DNA of 55,156 nt, counting the filler, from Circinaria calcarea (lineage: Eukaryota), in assembly GCA_051942165.1 (NCBI GenBank). It is 5 parts of 5 records of this genome, joined end to end, with 100 filler letters (N's around TTAATTAATTAA, not from the genome) between each part and the next. Parts side by side here need not be neighbours in the genome. Positions count along the whole stretch, not along the records: positions 33,170 to 44,118 come from JAVECS010000737.1; positions 44,219 to 55,156 come from JAVECS010000738.1; 3 more parts are not named here. The stretch is one strand, 5' to 3'. Below are positions 39,017 to 51,744 of the stretch, piece after piece. The notes under the pieces are model-generated. The model was not told where the DNA came from. It saw nothing but the letters and a program-made list of their open reading frames with translations, and did not search any database. The stretch's first letter is position 1. Every line of letters begins with the position of its first letter. A program made the position numbers and the translations under genes.

Positions 39017-42000
39017 ATGGCCTCAAGCAACTCCCTCAGCAGTCGGCTTGAGGACCTCCGCTCTCGAAACCCTCAGTCACCTCCTGGTGAGAGCGCCTAT
39101 TCTGGCTATACCACCCCAGTACGCTACAGCGGTAGCTTCATGCCCTCACATTCACAAGCAACTTCCAACGATGTTCGAGCAAGCTTGCAGCGTCGTTTTA
39201 CAACCGATTCAGGCAAAGTGCCACTCTTGACTCCAATCGGCCAGCAGCCAGGTCAGGTCATGGAGGCAGTGGATATGTCTGCAACGGTAAGGTTCAGCTA
39301 GTCAACCCCACGTCATACTGGCTTGCTAACTCTTTCTACTTTGTAGACGTTTTACAAGGTCCAAGCTGTAAGCATATACCCACCCCTTGCCTGAAGCCTA
39401 AGGATGGATCCCTATTTCATCTTACAGTGAGGAAGTGTTCTGACTCCATACAGCTGGAAAAGAAGCGCATAGAATACGAGCTGCTGCGTGAGCAGCGTAA
39501 ACGCTTCGAAGCGGAGTTGGAGAAGTTCAATCTTCAGCAGGCGAGGGAGAAGCAAGAACTTGATCAAATGGCCCAGGACCTTCACACCCTGGACCTTTCA
39601 TCGGGCCATCAGAGCGAGCCAACGACTCCACCCGAGTATCGTGACCATACATTTCCATCAATCTACTCTCGCCGAAACCGCTACTCATCCTCGAGTCTGG
39701 TGTCTCCAGCAGGGTTCAACAACCGGAATAGCCGCTCAGGTTCACAACTCACTTCCCCGCCCATCGAATTGATCCAGGCACAACATGGCATTGCGAATTC
39801 GGATAAGTTGCCCTCGAAGTCGGTACCCGGATCTAGACGTGGGTCAACAGATAGAGTGTCAGCATACCAACCCGAGAACAATGTCATCGGGCAACGATCA
39901 GCAGCGTACGTGGATCCGGTCATCTTCTACATTCTCCCACAACAGTAGCTTATATGCATATTCCTTCGGTTGCTGACGTTCAGATTGACTTGCCTGTTAT
40001 TCTCCGTTGGTCCTTTTCGTACCTCATATAATTCATCCCTTGGTGTTTTCGTCCCATGTGGGCTCACCACTAGCCTGCTCTTGCTTCATAGCTCCTCGGC
40101 GAGAATTGGCAAATCCGTTTTATTTTTTATAAGCAGCCCAAAGTCTCGATTGTTGTTACTGACTCTTCACAGGACTAATCGTTACTCTATGCCTGTTACT
40201 TCATCCATGGCTCGCAAGCGCGAATCTGTGCCCGAATATTCTGCAGTCATGGGCGTTGGTCATATCAATACGACGGGGTTTCTCTTTGGAGACGATGACG
40301 AGAAGCCTTCAAGTCGGAGGGAGTCTGTAACGTCTCCAGATGTCAGTAGCTACCTGCAGATGAATACAACTGACGACAAGTTTCCGATTTTGATTCGCAA
40401 CAACCACCATCCTGGCCTGGTAAGTACTATGTGCTTTTGAGTTGGACTCCCACTAACGCTTCCATGCAGCTTTCTGCATCTTCCGCTGCTTTAGATCTTG
40501 CGCTTTCGCAAAACCCGGTTCCAGAGACACAGTCTAACGGCTGGACACCGTTTGCCCGTCATCAAGCTTCCCGGCAGAGTCTTCCACAAAATGTGTTTGA
40601 CATTCATCAGTCCAATCAGCAGAGCTTGGATTCACCCAATAGCAGCTCGCAGCTATCAATCGATACTACCGCAGACTCTGATAGCAGTGTACGCCAGCCA
40701 AACCGACATTCGATGGAGGCTTCTATCGCTTCTTATGCACAGAAAAATATGCTAGCGCAGACAATCACCAATGGCACAAGTTCGATGAGGCCTAATCTAG
40801 CCAATATACAGTCATCATATTCGACAAATGATATTCCTACCTTGAAGAATCCTAACGGGCTGACTACACCCATATCACCGCCGAAAACACAAGCTCAGCA
40901 GCAGTTTCATAACCACAACGCTAGTCTTGGACGTATTCCTCCCCATGCGGTGAGTTCTCGCCACAGCCGGGAGATGTCAGTGGGAGAAATCCGACGAGAA
41001 GAGCAGAGCAACAATTATAAAACCGTACAATCGGAACTACAGGCTAGTGCTGCTCCATTTGGACCGTCCATGTCCACGCCTGCACCTGTCGAGTCCATGC
41101 CAGCTAATGCAGCTTTATCGAACGTATCTCAATATGCATCCCCCGCATATTACGGAGGCTACGGAATGCAATTGATGAACATGGGAATGACCCCGATACA
41201 GATGAACAACCAACTCGGGTTTAATAATCAGGTGTCTCCATATCAGCCCCAAAGCTCGTTCTTGCCATATTCACAATATGGTCAACAAGGACGGATGCCT
41301 GATAGCCAGGCGAGGGTCATTCAGCAACGCCGTATGCAAAATGTCGAAGGTACAATACCGAGCCTCCTCAAGAAATGAAGACATAGTACTGACAATGGCT
41401 CCAGATGTTGCGCGCTTCACAAACATAAAATTAGAACAGTGCCAGGGAGAGATCTATGTGCTTTGTAAAGATCAACACGGATGCCGTTTTCTTCAGAAGC
41501 AGCTCGAAACGCAGAATCCAGAGAGTGTACATCTTATTTTCCTTGAGACAAACCAGCATGTGGTGGAGTTAATGACAGGTAATGAATTATTCCTTGAATA
41601 TCTGGCAAATGGCTAAGGATTGCAGACCCATTCGGGAACTATCTATGCCAAAAGCTGCTGGAGTACTCGAATGACGAGCAACGGACTGTTCTGATCAACA
41701 ATGCTGCATCGCAGATGGTCAAGATTGCTCTCAATCAGCATGGGACCCGCGCTCTACAGAAGATGATAGAATTCATTTCTACACCTGAACAGGTACGAGA
41801 CGGCTCCTGTACGGTTCCTTTAGCTGCTGACGCTGCTTTAGATCCAAACCATCATCCATGCTCTTAAAGATCGAGTGGTCGATCTGATTCAGGATCTCAA
41901 TGGCAATCATGTTATCCAAAAATGTCTAAATCGCCTCTCACCGGAAGACGCACAGGTTTGCAACCATCCTCTATGAATTTGATTGTCGGGACTAAGATCA

Positions 42001-42902
42001 TATAGTTCATCTTTGATGCCGTTGGTACTCATTGTGTCGTTGTCGGAACTCATCGTCACGGTTGTTGTGTCCTCCAACGATGCATAGACCATGCCTCAGG
42101 TAATCAGAAGGCACAGTTGATTAGCCAGATCACCGATAACGCATTCTCCCTTGTGCAAGACCCATTCGGTAATTACGTCCTGCAGTACATCGTTGACCTC
42201 GGCGAACCGGTATACACCAACCCTCTTTGCTACACCTTCCAATCTAGCATATCTACTCTGTCAAAACAAAAGTTCAGCTCCAACGTCATAGAGAAGTGCC
42301 TTCGAGGTGCTGAACCCAGCATCACTACTATGATGATTGAAGAAATGTTGAACTCGAACGAGTTGGAGAAAATGTTAAGAGATTCTTTTGCGAATTATGT
42401 TGTGCAAACTGCGCTGGATTATGCCGAACCTGACACCAAGGCGCGGCTCGTCGAAGCCATTCGCCCCATTTTACCGGCAATACGTCAGACACCTTACGGT
42501 CGTCGTATCCAGAGCAAGATCATGGGCGGTGAAGGTCAAGGTCGTCTCAGTGGTATATCCACTCCAAACGACATTACCTCACCCGGACAGATTCCATTGG
42601 GAAGGCACCTTGTAATAGCACCAACCGGTACTCCATACATCCCTCAACAGACCTCTGGCTTCCAGCTCACTAACGGGACGTATTCCGATCAAAGCCAAGC
42701 CTTGTACCAGATGAATGGAGGCAACGGCACTGGCCAATTCAACACAGCCTCTGCCGCAGCTCCTATGTTTCAATCACACCGATTCAGTAATGGTTCTTCT
42801 ACCTTCAACCAATACAACCCAGCCGCCAATCCGACTTCCATACGCCAGCCTGTGGCTTTGTATGGTCGGACTCCAGAGGCCAATGGCTTCAACTATTTCT
42901 AA
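39017..42902 (+). CDS. Pumilio/PUF RNA-binding protein (Puf4/Mpt5-like), multi-exon incl. 21-nt exon 39347-39367
   Basis: PUF repeats CKDQHGCRFLQK, DPFGNYLCQK, NQHGTRALQK, DLNGNHVIQK, HRHGCCVLQR, DPFGNYVLQY, QKFSSNVIEK, DSFANYVVQT; N-terminal LQRRFTT and SEPTTPPEY. Confidence 0.93.
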
Positions 42903-44002
42903 AATCATCCGCCAGATGAGTGGCAACGAACGAGACGACGTTTATGATGCAACGGCCATTGAGATCATTTTATGAAGAGCATAGATTATTACAGTATTTT
43001 TACGCATTCCACTACAACAACTGTATGACCAAACCAGTCATAACCAAAACCAGCCGCAGGATCCAAGAACATTCGCCTACTAGAATCGACCGCGCTTCAT
43101 GCATTACCGTTGGCGAGAACTCGACTACTTTGACCGGCACAGCAGATTCACATCTGCAATCTGCACTATCTGTACTGCATATTGCGGCATCTTCGGTGAC
43201 GTGACTGGAAAACGACTTGCACATCAAACGAGCTCTCCTTGCTGTACCATATCGTGGTTAAAAGATGATGACTTGTTCTGCAGCTTGGTTGCTACCACTG
43301 TCCAAAAGCATTTACACTCCTTTTTCTTTGAGCGAGCTCCGAAACTTTAGCCAAGCTTCACCACTACCCACTTCTTGGCTATTCCGGAACTCCAATGACT
43401 CCAGTATTTTTACAGCACCTTCAACAACTTCTTGACTCTGACGCTATGCATGCCGATGACATGGGATGAGGGATTGAATTCAGGGTGAGGGGCGGCAGAT
43501 CCTCTTGCTGTACCAGCTAGCTAGCTTTTTTACCCCCCTTTGCTCTGTTTTCATCACTTGCGAGCATTAGACTCTTGTGTTTTAGTTTGCCTGCCCATCT
43601 TACCAAGAAGCGCTTTGGCTAACTAGTAGCTACACCTTTGTCATTTTGCCATGCTAGGCGGAAGGGGGGACAATTGTGGATAGGTTCCTCCGAACGGGAC
43701 TTTCTTTTTGTATGTAGCCACCAAGGAACCAATACAACATCTTTACAAAAACAGGTCCCATCTAGCCAGGATTCTGGCTCTGGACTTGGACCTGGGATAT
43801 GTGTAAAAAGCTTATGGTGCTGGGGTGAAATGTGTAGGAATTTCAGCATTGGAATTTGTCAGGAAGCTTTTTCGTTGTGGTGTCGTAGAACCAAGTAAGC
43901 CGTGAGTACCCATTTTCACTCTCACCACCATTGTCGCTGTCATTATCATTATAATTTGAGCGGGGAGCGGGGAGCTCCGGGGCTCCCCTCTCGGTACCTT
44001 TC

Positions 44003-44078
44003 CTTTGCTTTGCTTTGCTTTGCTTTGCTTTGTTCCTATCCTATCCTATCCTATTCCTATCCTTATCCTTATCCTTTT
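44003..44078 (+). repeat. Compound microsatellite (CTTTG)6, (CCTAT)4, (CCTTAT)n
   Basis: Directly visible next to the contig end. Confidence 0.9.
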
Positions 44079-44118
44079 CCCCAACCAAGACCTTCCTTCC
44101 CCATCATTTTACCAATGG

Positions 44119-44218
44119 NNNNNNNNNNNNNNNNNNNNNNNNNNNNNNNNNNNNNNNNNNNNTTAATTAATTAANNNNNNNNNNNNNNNNNNNNNNNNNN
44201 NNNNNNNNNNNNNNNNNN
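44119..44218. other. Artificial contig linker
   Basis: N44-TTAATTAATTAA-N44. Confidence 0.98.
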
Positions 44219-44538
44219 TTTAGATGAGTGCAGCAGATGAGCAACTAGGACCATAACATACAGGCGCGCATTCCAGAACCGCTTGTTGATAGGCTTCGCG
44301 TTAAGATATCGAAGGGGATACTTCTGTCCGGTCCTTATCGGCGTTTAAAGGCATCGTACCCACAGTAAGCTCCGTCTGGCTCACCGGTACTCTGCGGTTT
44401 CCTACCCACAATCGACGTGACGCCGAGGTTGAGAGAGATTGAGAGAAGTTGAACGAGCCTGCAAAGCCATTCCAAAAGCATCCCTTCGAATCAGGCCCCA
44501 ACACTCAGCACTGTTCGATCTGGCTTGCTCAAGTACCC

Positions 44539-47500
44539 ATGGTTGCGGCCTACTCTCCTCGCCGTGATGGAGGTGGCATCCTGCACCTGCCTTCACCTAC
44601 GCACATCCACCATGTCGATCCGGCCTCTGCGCTCCGACAGCTGCGAAGGTCGCTCTCGCGGTCTCCATCTAAAGGCCCTACCTTTCGACTCGTCACCTCC
44701 AATTCCACGTCTCCTTCTCCAAGTTCTCCGCTATCACCCTCTCCGTTGTCACCTCACAGGCGGCTGGGAACGGCAACCTCATCTCCGAACAAAAGTATCA
44801 ACTCGCCATCTCCGTTGGCCATCCCGTTTCCTCCCAGCGCCAAAAAATCACGAGCCATCGCGCGTAGGCCAAGTCCGGTGCGTGGTATCAATCGCTCAGC
44901 CAGCACTCAACGAAATCCAATCAAGCGAGGCTTGAGCGACTCCACTGACCACGGCAACGCCAGTCCGGCCCCACCAGCAGCTTCTAGAGTTGGGGTTGAG
45001 AATAGATCCACGAGGAGTCTCAGCCCTGATCCAAAGGACTCTTTAAAAGGCTTGGAACCAAGTGATACGCTCCTGGCACCTCATCACGCCTTCGCGAGGT
45101 TTGAAAGAGGAAATGGGTACCTCGCTGAGTTTACCGCAAAGTCAAGTCCACTCAAACGTAGTGACGGTATCATGAACCTAGAACAAGCAAGCTTAGGCAG
45201 CCCATCAGCAAAAAGGAGAAGCCTGCATGGAGCTTCCTTTGGTCCCGATTTCGACATTTTCGACCATGAAGCTGTGACCTCATTGCGTGCACAGTTTGAT
45301 ACATACAGCCCAGGAGGTGCACTGGATTCAAACGGACCATCTGCCTTGGAGCAGTCGAACGTCTTCTCCGTATTGCCAAGGCGTACATCATCACTTCGGA
45401 AGACTACGTTGCAGCAAAGGTACGAGAAGCCGACATTTGCACGCTCAAGGCCAAATACCGATCTCGCTCTAGAGCTTGCCACTTCTACGCAGGGAGCTCC
45501 CAAAGGACGGCATAGAGTGTCATTAGAAACCTTTATACCTCCGTCGGGTCGCGATAGTCCGTTCGCAACTCAGGGCAATCTACCCAGCGCATCGGTGCAT
45601 CCAATCACTCATTCGCGAAAGGAGCCACTCGCTACCGGCGTACAGCTGCAATCCCAGCGGCATCCATTGTCACGAACTATTGATCAGTCCTCTTCAGGTT
45701 CGAGCCTGGCAGAGGACTCACCTACGCACATTCCACTGCGTCAACCTGAACACAAGAGACCGATACTGGACTTCTCGAAATCGTTACCCGTTGTTGGCAC
45801 AAGGCCCAGCTCGAAAGCATTCTTCCCAGTCGAGCATTCGATACAGAATTCGTCGACGGAGACTTCATTTGCAACCCCGGAGAATTACAAGCTTGCAAAA
45901 CCTCTCCCGGCAGCATTTATGTCGACAGGCCTCATCTCCAAACGGCATAAGAACATGGACATTGAGCATCCCGAGTCCCAGACCGGTGTCCACGCTAACA
46001 TGCCAGATACGCCCTGTAAGCGGCCTAATAGTCTTGTGGCTGTCACACCCGCCGCCATACCCGAAGGTATCGTTGGTAAAGCACGGCATGGCCGCCATAC
46101 TTTGCACAGTTTCGGTACACCTTCTACGCCATTTAATCCGCACGTCGCTAAGCCTGCATCGGGAACGTATGGAAAGGGTGTTAGTATCTTCGGTAGCAAT
46201 TTTGGCAGCGGTGGTCTCGCACGGCGAGGTAGCTTTTTAAGCATCGACGGCGACGATGTAACGCGGCCTGTTTCTGATAAACATCAGAATCGATCTAGCA
46301 CGGAATATGAGGTGGCGCCAACGCCCTCGAATCATACATCAGGAGTGGGAACCGGCCATCAAGATTCCAGCAATGATGAAATGCTGCCTAGCCCTTCTAG
46401 GATGGATATCACTGCTGCTACAGGAGCTGAGCCGACTCAATTCGGCCAATGCTGTAAGTTAACCCCCGAACGTACACCAAGTGGGAGTGTCGATGGAGAC
46501 AGTGACAGTGTAATGGAAGATTCTCCTTCCACTATGCTGCGCTTCAAAAGTTTCGCCGCGATTTCTTCTTATTCCACCCGATCTCGTTTGTTACGACCAT
46601 CTCATTCTCCAACCCCGTTGTCAAAGAAATCCCTTTCCGTGCCCCACCTTCGTATTAGGAGTATGAGAACTAAGCCAAGCCCGTTATCTCCAGCAAGTCC
46701 CCTTCACGACCGGTGCGGGCCAATCTCTCCACGAACGCCTCATACTCCGCAAGAGTCCATGTTACCTCCTGATCCGAGTGGTCTCTCTATATCTGCACAT
46801 GGAGATACTCAACTGAATCAAAGTTTGAACGGGTTCAACAGCGGCGTGTCAGTGTACCCTCCAGCTACGCCAACCACCTCCAGAGATTACTTTCCTCAGC
46901 TGGGAAAAAGTCGATCGAGTATCACGCCGGTACATAGCTTCGCTCCCACTGAGGTCGATCCAATCCTTTTGTCTAGATTTAACAGGGTTGAGATGATTGG
47001 CACAGGAGAGTTCTCTCAAGTCTATCGCGTATCACAAAAGTCTAGCTACAATTTTGGAACCAACAATCAATCACTCCGAACTCCCCCAAGTGCCTTGGTA
47101 TCGAACCAAGTATGGGCTGTTAAGAAATCTCGTCGTACGTTCATTGGACCTAAGGACCGACTACGCAAGCTCCAAGAAGTTGAGATATTGAAAATCCTTG
47201 GTCATTCTGACCATACGGTACAGCTTTTTGACAGCTGGGAACACAACGACTATCTTTACATCCAGACCGAGTTCTGTGAAGAGGGAAGTATGGACATTTT
47301 CCTAGACCAAGTGGGGAGAAAGGCCAGGCTGGACGATTTTAGGATATGGAAGATCATGTTGGAGCTATCATTGGTACTGTAAACTCAAAAGCTGTTGTTC
47401 ATTTCCTTCTTGCTGACACTTAAAATAGGGCCTCAAACATATTCATGATTGTGGATTTATTCATTTGGACTTAAAGCCTGCGAATGTTCTGATTACGTTC

Positions 47501-48175
47501 GAAGGCGTGCTGAAGATCGCAGATTTCGGGATGGCAACGTCGTGGCCAGCTCAGCCAGGGATCGAGGGTGAAGGTGATCGTGAATATATTGGCCCGGAAA
47601 TCCTGATGGGTCACTATGATAAACCAGCTGACATCTTCGCTCTTGGTTTGATCATGCTTGAAATCGCCGCCAATGTGATGCTTCCAGACAACGGGGCATC
47701 GTGGCAGCGTCTCAGGAGTGGTGATATGAGCGATGTCCCAAGTCTGACGTCGGGTTCTGAAGCCAGCACTATCTTCCGTGATGCGTCAGGGAAGCCTCTA
47801 TCGCGCAAGGAGTCTTTCGATGAGCCGTATATATTGGATGGTGGGACTGATGGCTTTGGGTCACTGGACTTCCTGAAGGAAGCCAAGGCCGAGAAGCAGA
47901 ATATGACTTCCCAGTCCCAGCTTTATCGGAAGGGGGAACTGGCCGATCCACCAAGTTTCATGGTCGATCAGAACCATCAGGAAGCTTTGGATTCGGTGGT
48001 ACGCTGGATGATATCGCCAGAACCCACCGATCGCCCATTGGTAGACCAGATTCTAGCCATCCAAGGTGTGCGGTGGACAGAAGCCCGACGACGGGCCGGA
48101 GCGACAATCTACGAAGGCAACTGGGGTCCAGCAGACGAGGTGCTTGCAGACGACGCAGAGATGATCGATGCTTAG
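44539..48175 (+). CDS. wee1: Wee1/Swe1-family CDK-inhibitory kinase; intron 47374-47428
   Basis: Long Ser/Pro-rich N-terminus; IGTGEFSQVY, AVKK, YIQTEFCEEG, HLDLKPANV, KIADFGMA, EGDREY. Confidence 0.93.
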
Positions 48176-49075
48176 CGTTCGGCCGGCCCGTAGCGAGAGG
48201 GAGTGAGGGTGGAGGCCCAGTGTCTCTAATTGTTATTATGTCGGCTGACTATGGCCGTCTGCAATTTCGGCGTGATGGTGTTCCATGATGGAAAAGAATC
48301 GCGGCCTTGGCTACTCTGTGCGGACCAGGGTTCCCAACAGCGATTCGGGTTTTCAGCATTTACGGCGATTGGTTCTTTTTGACGATGATGACGGCGTACT
48401 GAAGTTGCATAGCGTGCGCTCTGTTCTGCTCTTCATATGGCTTCCGGCATCTTGCATTTGCTATGGCACGACCTTTACGAATATCGTCATGTTACGGTCA
48501 CACTTTTGCTCTCTATCAAAAGTCGTCTAGCCATTTTTTCCCTCGGGTCTTCTATCCTTGCGACCGGTGAGGCGAGGCTCTTGCTTTTTGTTATCACAAC
48601 ACTGCTTGCACACGCTAGAGGACAATCTTTTCACACACCGAAAAAATCAAAATGACTTTGGGCTGCAACCTCCGGGCTGCTGCTTGTGTCCGTGGCGAGT
48701 ACCGCATAGCTTAGTTTAAATAGGTCGCATAGCTTTGGCTCCAAGTTAATTGAAACCGCTATCACAAGACGAACAAAACCATGGATAGTGACTGTCTGCT
48801 TGCCCAAGCTGTATTGTGTGTGGTTGAACATGCCTGAAATGGCTACTAAACAGGCGGCTTTGCTGCCGGTATTCTGCTTATACTACCGGCAATGCTCAGA
48901 TTTAGTTAACCCTTTCTTTGCACAGGAGATCTAGAACCCCGGTGGCTGGAGTAGGCTAGCGTAGGGAAATAACTTTTATGCTGACGCTACGGCCCTGGTG
49001 TGCATAAAACAAACTTGGTTTATATTTCCCAGGGAGATCCTTCGGATCAACGTCGTCGGCGCAAATCTTTGTAGC

Positions 49076-49896
49076 ATGGTCCGAAAACTCAAGTACCATG
49101 AGCAGAAGTCTGTCCCTCGCATGCTATAACTGCCTTGCTACCTCGGCCCAACATTAATTGATGGATGTAGGCTCCTCCGTAAAGTTGATTTTGTCACTTA
49201 CAAATCCGACAACAATCACCGCGACGCCGCCGTCCTACGCCGATATGCAGTCCAAAAGCCTGGAGACTACATGAAATACAATAGAATCTGTGGAAGCTTG
49301 CGGTAGGTTGGAATGGTACCCGGTTTTCGACGCTCTCGGTCAATGGCTTTGCCAATCGGCACCTGCTCACGTTATCACAGACAACTCGCCCATCTCCTCG
49401 CAGCCCTTGACCCGTCAGACCCCGTCAGACACAAACACGAGACTCTGTTGCTTGAGAAGCTCTACGACATGGGATTCCTCGGAACGGCCGGTGGCGCGGG
49501 AGGCAGAGGCAAGTTGAGTGAGGTGGAGAAGAAGATTACCGTCAGCAGCATGTGCAGGAGGAGACTGGGTGTCGTCATGACTAGGCTGAAGATGGCAGAC
49601 ACTGTTCAGGCGGTAAGCATCGCTCCGCCGCCGCCGTGGACTCTTGGGTGTGGTGCCCAGCCCGGATCCATGGCCGAACATGCTACTACCTTCTCGGATG
49701 CTGATGGTTCACTAACCCCTAGGCTATCAAGTTTATCGAACAAGGCCACATTAGAGTCGGAACGGAAGTCATCATGGATCCGGCTTTCCTCGTCACAAGA
49801 AACATGGAGGATTTCGTGACGTGGGTGGATTCGAGTAAGATCAAGAGAAACATACTAAAATACAGGGACAAGCTGGATGATTTTGATCTTCTCTGA
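49076..49896 (+). CDS. IMP3: U3 snoRNP protein Imp3, 4 exons
   Basis: [67 protein letters not shown]. Confidence 0.96.
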
Positions 49897-51744
49897 AATC
49901 AACAAAGGAAGGGCAATGACAGCATAGCGAGGGTCTGAGACTACTGGTGTTAAACTGCCGTATTAGCTTGGCCTGGACGATAATCCAATCTTCCATTTTC
50001 GAACGTCTGAGGCATTCGGTAACAGGTTCTGAGAAAGCCGGTGGAGATTCATGGCTATTCCTTTTGTTTCGCTTAGCGTTGTTACGACTGCACCGTCTAA
50101 TGCCTGTTACGATACTCTCCTACGGAGCGTACGGTGATGGCAGTAAGCAGTGTATTTCTCGAACAGAGCACGCAACAATGGTCTACAGGTACGATTTCGG
50201 GAATGAGACTGTCGATGAGCAATGCGCAGAGGCCCATGTATTTTGTAATTATTTCGGCACTGGTGAGGCTGTTGGCAATGACCTGACGAAAATATGGAAA
50301 AATGGTGACAGGTGTTACTCTTTGTGCGTGGGAGCAGCGCCACCCAGCATGGGAACGGTGCCTTTGCCGAGGATATCCTTGCGAAAGTTTTCGAAGAGGA
50401 TTCTCCTAGAGGGGAAGGTCAAGGTGCGTCCAGTCCATGCAAGGAAATGGGATTTTGAGAGGCGTCCTGGAAGGAGTGCAGCAGATGAGGGGGGGGGGTC
50501 GGGCAGGTGAGCGGCGAGAAACTGGTGTCTATGGCTACGCAGACGTGGTGGTTTTGGCAATACATACAGCTCGACTGTAACCCTCGCGCATGGACGTTTC
50601 GAGATGCCAGAGATGAAACCGATGGGAGATTGATGGTTCTTTGAGACAATCGTGTTCAGGCAAAGCAATGCAAGATTTGGAACTTTTCAATTCCATTACC
50701 AATGGTCCACTTCACCGTCATACATCTTCAGAACCAACCGGCACACGCCGCCATTAGCCGCCCCCCCTTCTCCCCCAACCCCTTGGTCTCTTCTCTCTCC
50801 GTGTATTAGATACTAGCTCCCGTCATTCTCGATGGTGTGTGTACATGTGAAGTCTGGGATTTCAAAGTAGAGGGAGGGAGTAGCACAGTGGAGGACAACC
50901 AGGCAAAACAGGCCGAAAGGGTGGATCAGCACGGGGACACAACCAATGCCTTCCACGACGGATGTTCTCGAGAGCATTTGGTTGAGCTTTCAATCTGTTG
51001 TCAGAGGAAGGGCTTCGGCACACATCGCGGTTCCAAAGGTTCACTGGGATCTTTGATATTCTAGAAACCAAAGGCTACAGGCTCGCTTCATGGTCAATCA
51101 CATGCTATCGTCAAGTGGACGGTCAGCAAGAGAAGCCTGGGACCGGTCCAAAGGAGCGGACAGACGCGGCTGACATAGCTGAGTCTGTGAATATTCATCT
51201 GACTGCTGAAGTCTGTGTGAAGCTCTTACCTACATCTATGTCAACTGCACCTAGGCAGGCAGCTATCAGCGCGGCACCCTTCCATTGAAAATTGTTGTAC
51301 TCGAGGTGCATCCTGCCAGTCTCAACCTTTCCACATAGCCTTCTATGCTCTTTCCTCCCTCCCTTCTGGCTCTCCCTCTGTTTACCAGTACTGTCCTGTA
51401 TTGGCTGAATTAATTCTCCTTCATCTTCTGTCGTCGTGATAGACTTCGCTCCACCAAAAGACAATGATAATCCGTCCATGCACATCAGGGCCGACCAACC
51501 TGCGTTCTGCAGTCGATTCTCGCCGTCTTCTAGAGCCAATGATGATAGGTAGCGCTAAAGCGTTAAAAGTAATCATCTCAAGGCATATCTTCGAGTCGCG
51601 GCGAGCGTCCAAGGTTCTGGTAGCGAAGGGGTTCTTCCTTGCCAACTGTGGGATCTCTCGGTCTAGGTTTTGCTCGTAGCGTGTAGCGACCAGATATATA
51701 TAGACGTCATTACTGGAACTTGGTAAGACCTGTTAATGTAGTCT

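Noticed and set aside
42920..44118. Short ORFs downstream of the PUF gene
   Set aside because: Consistent with 3'UTR and microsatellite translation.
44449..44538. TTG-initiated N-terminal extension of Wee1
   Set aside because: ORF-caller artefact; ATG at 44539 is the plausible start.
49897..51744. Telomerase RNA gene (size fits filamentous fungal TERs)
   Set aside because: No CCCTAA/TTAGGG template found on either strand and no conserved domain recognised.
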